Part shown: positions 56,739 through 64,000 of the stretch, one piece after another
Layout: every line of letters starts with the position of its first letter
How positions within the stretch are numbered: position 1 is the first letter of the stretch
Assembly: GCA_013265495.1 (NCBI GenBank)
Contig: MU057584.1
Location: forward strand, 536,608 to 600,607
Direction of reading: 5' to 3'
Origin: Vicugna vicugna
Taxonomy: Eukaryota
DNA: 64,000 nucleotides
Made by a program: the position numbers and the translations under genes
Notes under the pieces: model-generated
What the model saw: only the letters and a program-made list of their open reading frames with translations
Told to the model about the DNA's origin: nothing
Database searches by the model: none

Positions 56739-57134
56739 ATGCAGACTCCACCGGCCATTCCTGTGCCTGTGCTCCGGCTCCCTCGGGGCCCTGATGGCTT
56801 GAGCCGAGGCTTTGCCCCCGATGGACGCAGAGCCCTCCTGAAACCGGAGGTTCCTGAAATCCCGGAGTCTCCTGTAGATCAAGAATCACGGGAATCCCAG
56901 GAACAGCGGGCCCGGGCTGTCCTTCGGGAGCGCTACCTCCGAAGCCTGCTGGCTATGGTGGGTCGCCAGGTGAGCTTCACATTGCACGAGGGTGTGCGTG
57001 TGACCGCCTACTTCGGAGCCACCGACCTGGACGTGGCCAACTTCTACGTGTCTCAGCTGCAGACTCCGATAGGTGTGCAAGCTGAGGCGCTGCTTCGCTG
57101 TAGTGACATTATTGCATATACCTTCAAGCCATAA
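56739..57134 (+). CDS. GEMIN7: Gem-associated protein 7 (SMN complex, Sm-like fold), 131 aa
   Basis: Single-exon ORF MQTPPAIPVPVLRLPRGPDG...EQRARAVLRERYLRSLLAMVG...LQTPIGVQAEALLRCSDIIAYTFKP*, with a cagcag acceptor just upstream. Confidence 0.97.
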   Translation: MQTPPAIPVPVLRLPRGPDGLSRGFAPDGRRALLKPEVPEIPESPVDQESRESQEQRARAVLRERYLRSLLAMVGRQVSFTLHEGVRVTAYFGATDLDVANFYVSQLQTPIGVQAEALLRCSDIIAYTFKP

Positions 57135-58270
57135 AGATGGAATCATGTTCATCTTTCCACCTTGGGTGTAGCCACAGTCTCCTAGGGCTCCGTGTGCTCA
57201 TGAACTTGGAACTCTGGGCCTCATAGAGTTCTGAATTCCTTTGGAATTTTGAGCCAAGCTCCAAGCAACTCTGGCTTCTTGGGACCTCCGGGGTGTAAGT
57301 CAGTAAAATTCTGCAACCCCAGGAGTTCTAGATCCTGTTGAAAGGAATGCTCTACCTCACAGAACTCTAAACTCTACAGATATATGGGCCTCATGACAGT
57401 TCCTGAAGACTGGGGTTGGGGGTGGGGCAGGGAGGGAGGGATAAAGGAAGGCAAATTGTTTAGTGGGAAACTGTGTGTTGAGGTTCAGGCACCCTGAAAA
57501 TATTCCCCAATATTCCCCTCCTGCCAAAGAACCCATTATCCCAGGAAAATTTGCCTCTTTTTTTTTTAATGTACCCTGCAGGGATCAAACCAGATTTAGG
57601 GAGTGGAAGGTGGCTATACAAAGGCAGAATACAGTGGAGCTGGGTCAGGATGGGGAGGACACACCAAGGGAGTGGGAGGAATGCGGATAAGGGTGCGGGG
57701 ACTGAACCACCACTGGTCTCTGGGATGGCTGGAGTGACCTGGATGCCAGACTTCTGAGATTTGGAGTCGAGTTCTTCTCCAGGTGGGCGGGCATGTACGT
57801 ACCGAGGGGTGCGGCTCGCATTGGGTCACATGATCGTGCACAAGCACTCCTCCCACTACCTGAGTGGGCGGATTCGCTTTCCTGCCCCTACAGGGACCCG
57901 TAGGACCCTGCGTGGCGGTACCATTGAGAAAAGGCAGAGAATTAGGGGTTAGGGTGAAACTTCACGCCTTCGCCATTTTTTGCTTCAGCTGTATAACGTG
58001 GCTGTCCATAGCATTCGCTTCACTTAGACCCATTACTAGTAGTCTTTCAGAAGATTTACTCTAAAAAAATAATTTCTGCCCCCATTGTAGTCCCATCAAC
58101 TTAAGAATGTAAGTGAAGAATCCATTAAAATGTAGATGAGATTTGCTTTTTTCGTCTTCAATCGTGAAAGTGCGGCGGCCAATGAAGTTGAATGGAGCAG
58201 GTGAAGAGCCTCAGCTCCCACTTGTCCATTCAATACGCTGCCTCTGGGGACTCCCGGGCCTAGCTTTCGA

Positions 58271-58284
58271 GTTACCTTGGCAAC
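58271..58284. promoter_or_regulatory. RFX X-box
   Basis: GTTACCTTGGCAAC fits the GTTRCC-N2-RGYAAC palindromic consensus. Confidence 0.6.
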
Positions 58285-58879
58285 GACGTCGCTCGCCCCT
58301 CCTCACGTACACCCACCCTTTTTTTGTTTTAACCTCCGCCTTCCCGGAGTTTCCTGATGGGCTGGGATGGCGTGGCGAAAGTGCGGAGGCGAATGTTAAG
58401 CGACTGAGTTGCGTTCTTATGGGGGTGTGGCTTGAGTTCGTGCTGGTTTGCTACTGGCTCGGTGATCTACCTGGTCCATCACCCGGTATTATGGTTGGCA
58501 GATTCGTCCGTTGCTTTTGGAATTTCTTTGTCTTTTTTTGTTTTTAATTAAAATCACTCCTCATGGGCTCATATTTCAGATTTTAAATTTAAATTGTATT
58601 TTATACAACGCTATCCAAATGATGTTTATTGATGATGCGTTATTGATGAAACTGCAGTCTGCAAATGGAAGGCTAGAGACTAGCGAGTGGGGACAGGCTT
58701 CGTCTCCAAGCAGAGGATCCCTGTCAGCATCCATCACCTGTACTCATATACTCAACACAGCTCCTATCGCCTTTCCTTTCAAGTTCTCCATCCCTTTACT
58801 TCTCTCCTTGTCAGTTGGCCTAGCCCCACCAAACTGATGTTTTTATTTCTATCAACTCGATTCCCTTCTCCGTTGCCTG

Positions 58880-59660
58880 AGCTCGTGACGAACGCGTGCG
58901 AGCCTATTTAGTTACCTAGATTCAGGCGGGGAGGCGGGGTGGGGGCGGTTCAGGTTCGCGCTTGCGCGCTGCTCTGGGAGACGGCGTCCATCTCGCCCCG
59001 CCCCTCATATTCTGCAGTTCCGGCTCTGCAGATTCACTGCTCACGTTTCTTTTTCCTGTGGCTCTTTCTGCCTTCTGTCCCCTCCATTGACAACTCACTT
59101 GACAACGCTACCTGTCTGTAGCTTACACTGATTTTCTGCTCTTCTGAGTAAGCGGCAGGCTCAACGGCTCTTAACGAAAGTGCGGCTGCGAACGGGCAGG
59201 TACGCATGGGGCTCGGGGGAGGCGCGCTCGAGCTCCCGGCGGCGACGACTACGACGACCAGCAGAGCGGACGGAGGCGGTGCCTGAAGCAGTGGCGGAGC
59301 CCATGCCCCGGGAAAGCGGGAGGGCCCGGAGAGACAAGTCCGGGGCCCGGGGCATGTCCCCGGGGCCCCCGTGAGGAGGAGGCGGCGGCGGCGATGGAGA
59401 CCCCGCCGCAGGAGGCGCCGCCCGGGCCGAGCGCGGACGGCGAGGCCGAGGAGGCCCCCGCTGAGGCCCTGTCACCCAGCCCCGCATCGCCCCCGGCCGA
59501 CGGGCGCCTCAAGGCTGTGGCCAAGCGCGTCACGTTCCCCTCCGACGAGGATATCGTGTCTGGAGCTGTGGAACCCAAAGACCCCTGGAGACACGGTAGT
59601 TATGGCTGGGGCGCGGGGGCGGCTCGTGGGGGACCTGGGAGTTGATGTAGCGCCCAGCAC
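58880..59660 (+). promoter_or_regulatory. PPP1R37: PPP1R37 CpG-island promoter / 5' exon
   Basis: CpG-dense; GC boxes at 58925-58948; NRF1-like gcgcttgcgc at 58958-58967. Confidence 0.8.
59394..59595 (+). CDS. PPP1R37: Protein phosphatase 1 regulatory subunit 37 (LRRC68), first coding exon; the rest lies beyond the window
   Basis: gcggcgATGG strong Kozak; METPPQEAPP...ADGRLKAVAKRVTFPSDEDIVSGAVEPKDPWRH; donor CACG|gtagtt; RVxF motif KRVTF. Confidence 0.93.
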
Positions 59661-62600
59661 AGAGCTGGAGCTCAATAAGTTGCACCTTTAGATGATTTAA
59701 GGAGACAATCGTCAGTTTAGAGGTGGAGGGTGTTAGGGGGTGGCTGCTGGGTTGGGAATGTGAAAAGTAGCTGGTTTATGCCTACTCCCCGCCTCCCCGC
59801 TCCAGGGGACGCTGAAGGTGATCGCTTTAGGAATTAAAACGGGGAGCAATCAAAGAAACTTTGGTGATTCGGGAGATTAGGAGGTCGGTAACCTTTGAGT
59901 TCATAGTTCCCCCAGAGAAGGATGGAACAGTCAGGGGAGGAAGAGGGTGGTCAACGTTGGCGCTGAAAGGGTAGTTGGAGAAGTTTGATGGGCTTATAGG
60001 AATGGAAGGAGGTTAAATTGCTGGTTTGCAAGCCTGGGGGCAAGGGATGATCATGTTGCTCACTTCCTTGACTGAAAGGAGGAAGAGGAATGAACCTGCA
60101 CTGTGGCAGTAAATCCTGGGGTTGGGAAAAGGAAGTCAAGGTCAATAAACTTGCCAGGAAAGGAGCAGAATTGGTGGTCAGTTTGGGGCTTGGTGAGATA
60201 AAGGAGGTGTTTGATCTTGGAGTCACTGTGTGCCTCCTCTTCCTCTCCTAGAAAAAGGGAAGCAGAACACTGTCAGCTGTTCAGGAGCAGAGGAACTTTG
60301 GAGCCTGGCTCTAGAAAGTTCTTTTTTTTTTCCCCTTGAGAAAGAGTTAAGGAATTGGAGTTGTGGATCAGTAGAAGGTGAGAGCATTGTAGAAGTTTGG
60401 TGGCTTGAGGTGTAAGAGAGAGAACAAGTTCATGGGTTATAGGTCCTAGGTCCTCTGGAGAAGGTCAGCTCAGTGTTGGAACTGAAAGGGCCGTTGGAGG
60501 AATGTGTTTTACCCACAGGGCTGGGAAGGTGGAAAGTTGCTTCAGAGATGGACTGTGGTGTTGAGTCTATTTCTGTGCTGGAGAGGTCTGTCGGTCTTGC
60601 TGGGATGGAGCCTGCAAAGAGAGGGATCAGCCTGGCCTGGGCTCTACAGAAGTTGGTCTGTTGGCCCTGTGGAGAGAGGAGGAGCCGTTGCTAGTCTGTG
60701 GGCCATGCAGGAATTGGTGGCTTTGATGTGAGAGTGGGGAATCATGGTAACTGGAAGCTGAAAGCACAGGGAGCAGCCATGAATGCTGTCTTGGCCAGTT
60801 ACTGTTACAGAGAAGGTGCTTAATTTAAAATTCTTGGCCTTGGGAGCCAGCCAAGTCCTTGGGCTCTTGGCCTCACGGATACGTGGTCACTTTTGGTTTG
60901 GAGAGCTTGGGGGACTGCGGCTGAGGAAGGGAAGAGTCAGAATGGGCCCTGTCCCAGTATCCAGTCCAGGGAGTTCAGAGCAGCAAAGACTTGGAGGGGC
61001 TCAAGTTCAAATCCTGATTCCCATTTACCTACTTCATGACATCAGGCTGGTTACCTAACTCCTCAGTTTCCCCACCTGTAAGTAGGTGGTGATACCCATG
61101 CCACAGGCTTTAAGAGAGGACTAACTAAGATTGTGTGTGAAAAGTGGCCAGGGTGAGCCTTCACAAAGTTGCAGTTATTGTTGGTCATTTTAGGGGTGAT
61201 GTGAGGTAATACTGGTCATTTTAGGGGCCAGTCTGGGGAGGTAGTTCACAGAGCTGGGGCCTGGAGGTTTCTGCTTCGCAGGCTCCCAGAAGAGGGACAG
61301 AAACCGTGGTCTGTTTGAGGGCTTGGAGCAAGGGAAAGGGAAGATGTTCCATTTATGGGCTGGGGCGTCGAGGTGGGGCAGTTGGAGGGTCTGAAACCGG
61401 GTGGGAAGGAAGTGGGGTGAAGCTTCTAGTCTGCAGGTTCCCAGAAGAGGCACAGCTGTGTGTTACCAACTGTTGGGCTTTGGGGAAGCCATTTTTCCTC
61501 TCTGAGCCTCCTGTTTCTTTCTCCGCACATGCAAGTGCTAATTTCTGCCGTGGGGTCGTTGTGAGGATTAAATAAGCTAGTCCTGGTAAGTTCCTGCCAC
61601 AGAAAGTGCAACTGCTGTTATCCAGGTGGATTCAGTGGGCTTTTCTGGCTTTGTTTTTGTTTCTCATGGGCAGTCTTGCAGATGCAGAGACCTTTGAGGG
61701 GAAGGAAGGATGGAAGGAACATAATCTGTTGGATCCTGGCTGGGAGGGGTTGAGGGGTTGCCCTGACAGGCTGGGGAGGGGTCATTGGTGAGCTCTGCTA
61801 GTTTGGATGATGTGACTTGCAGGACAGGAAGTTGGAGGGCCTGGCGGTGCTGAGGTGGCTGGCCTCTGTGCCTGGGGAGGACAGCTGGCCTAGGACTGAG
61901 GGCGGGGGAGGCTTGCCAGGCTATACAAAGTTGCGCCAAGAAGCTGCCTAGTTGAGAGGTCAAAGGGTCTTGGGTGGGGGGGCTTCAGGGAGGAGTTGGC
62001 TGGCGATTTGTTGGAGTTGGTCTGTAAGCCATGAAAGCACAGGGGTGTCATTTGAGCTGTGGCCCTGGTGAAAAGGGTGATGGAGGAGTCATTCTGGGGC
62101 TTGCTGTGGTGATAGGACCTCAAGGCCAAGAGTGAGGGAGGAAGTGGCGGGCCTGATGGGAAGAGAGGTCATTCAGAAGCTGTTCTTCCACAGCAGAGTT
62201 GGAGAAGTTGCCTGGGCCAGGAGGCACAGAAGGGAGGAATTGGGGGCCCCAGCACAGGGTGCCCGTTCAGCAGAGCCTTGCCCTGGGAGGAGAGCTCAGC
62301 CAGTCCCTAATGGAGCCTCTGCTGGGGTGGAGGAAGGCTGGGTCTGGGACTAGAGTGTGGTACAGCTGGGTGGGAACCTCTAGGGGTGTGTCCCTGACTG
62401 GGGAGCCCCATTGAGCCTCGCCAGAGGTCGCGGGCTGGGGGATTCCTGGAGGTGCGATTCCGGGAGGGAGGTAGTGAGGGAGGGCCTCAGGCCTCCGCAG
62501 GCTCAACCCAGCCTAGCACTCAGAAGGGCCTTCCCTGGCTCCCACCTCCTGTAGTGTCCCTACCTGCCCCCGGCAGGGCCTGTTTATTTTCCTCATTGTG

Positions 62601-64000
62601 CTGATGGCCGTCTGCTGTTTCATGTTGGTGGTCTCTCTTCTGCACTGGACTGGAGAGCAGACACTGTCCATCCTCGTTCCAACTCAGCCCTCGAAAGACA
62701 CACAGTGATTGTGGTTGCATGAGCCCCGTGTGCAGCCGTTCTGGAAGGGGTGAGGTCAGGCCATACCTGAGCTCCACTGAGCCAGAGTGTGCCTCCAGGC
62801 CAGCCCCGGCAGCAGCGTGCCATGGCTCCGGCAGAGCACTTACTCTTGCTGAGCTTGTTTGTTTCCTCATCTGTGAAATTGTGATCCCTGCCCTGCTGAC
62901 CACCCAGGATATCTGAGGGGGTGTAATGAACCTGGTAGGGCAGGGTCTCCGCGGTGAGCCAGTCTGCGGTGAGTGGAAGGGGTGTGGAGTTGGGGAAGAG
63001 GCTGCCTCAGTGCTGCCAGGCTGGGCTTGTGTGCACTCCACTCTCCTCGCGGGGTGGAAGTGGGTGCCAGCTGGGGAGGGGCCGGCCTGATACACCCCAA
63101 CCCCGATCCCGTGGTGACAGGTCCTGTGGGCCCAGTTCCTCTGAGGGAACTCTTCAGACTGCAAGAATGACCCGAGGCTCAGCTGTCTTCCCAGTCCCAG
63201 CTGAACGCTGCATGGAGAGGAGACCTGGGGTTTGTAAGGCAGGCATCGGAGAGCACGTGACACTGGCCACAGTCTGGGAGGCTCTCTCCCCCTCCCTCCA
63301 GTGCTGCCAATGACTCATTCCCCACTCCCTGACCTCCAGCCTGTGGAGTCTATCCTGGGCTGGGGGAGGGGAAGTTTTGCCCACCAGGAAACTCCTCATG
63401 TGAAGTGGAGATGCTTACAGAGTAAAGGGGGCCCAAACATGCCAACCTTTGGCCACCTGAGCTTTGGGGCTAGAGGACAGAGTAGAAGGAGCAGTGGGGA
63501 CAGTGGCCGTGGTGTTCTTAAATGGGGATCAAAGAGGATGGAAATGCCTTACTGTTTGTTCTCATTGAAACCCATGCTGCAGATTTAGTCCTTGAAACTG
63601 GTTTGACAGGTAGAAAGGTAGAAAGTTACCTGTTAATGGTGGAAAGAGGCTCGTGGTTAATGGCTTGTTTTAGCCTAAGTGGTGGTCTTGCTGCAGAGTG
63701 GGGAACGGGGTCGTGGGGGGCGACATAGATGCGTTTGTCCAGGTCTCTATCTGGGCCCAGCCTCACCTCCTGCTGCCCATGTTGGCACGTAGACTCTGCC
63801 GTGTGACTTTGGGTGATTGTTCTCTCTGTCCATGGGTTTTCTGCCAGTAAAATATAGCTGACAGTGGTACCTCCTCATAGGGTGATCGTGAGGATTAAGT
63901 TAGATAAGTGTCCACTGAGAGCGCTGTGCTGAGTAGGTGTCCTCCCTGTCCAGCCTTCTGCCCCCACTGCAGCCCCCGCCCCTATGCCTTTGCTGTCTCT

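Noticed and set aside
57135..57700. GEMIN7 polyadenylation signal
   Set aside because: Only variant hexamers were seen (AGTAAA 57302-57307, GATAAA 57440-57445); I cannot choose between them.
62520..63263. 247-aa minus-strand ORF in PPP1R37 intron 1
   Set aside because: No recognisable protein; includes MIR-derived sequence.
1..64000. CRISPR arrays, operons, rRNA, snoRNA/miRNA genes or a novel multi-gene system
   Set aside because: This is intron-rich mammalian DNA with a familiar syntenic gene set. I recognised no repeat-spacer arrays or structured RNA genes; an Infernal/Rfam scan would be needed to exclude small ncRNAs.

Overview
Mammalian, GC-rich, gene-dense genomic DNA with the gene order known from human 19q13.32. 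It contains the 3' part of RELB (+, 10 coding exons, starting with a 9-nt microexon), complete CLASRP (+, 1 non-coding and 20 coding exons, 676 aa by my exon assembly), complete ZNF296 (-, 3 exons, 473 aa), GEMIN7 (+, single coding exon, 131 aa) and the first coding exon of PPP1R37 (+). Exons were called by hand from GT-AG boundaries, phase continuity and recalled orthologous protein sequences; exon numbering follows my assembly and recalled human structure. Introns hold MIR, L2, L1, MaLR/ERVL LTRs, hAT DNA elements and nine short tRNA-Ala-derived SINEs. These SINEs, with no Alu/B1/Bov-tA/PRE1 seen, suggest a camelid genome (inference). I found no wholly new multi-gene system. The best leads are regulatory: frame-switching +4 tandem splice donors on both sides of the CLASRP RS region, a candidate poison or alternative last exon in CLASRP intron 2, possible leaky scanning that removes the NuRD-binding motif of ZNF296, candidate antisense/bidirectional promoters around GEMIN7, and PPP1R37 uORFs. 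Repeat family names are from memory and need RepeatMasker/Dfam confirmation.
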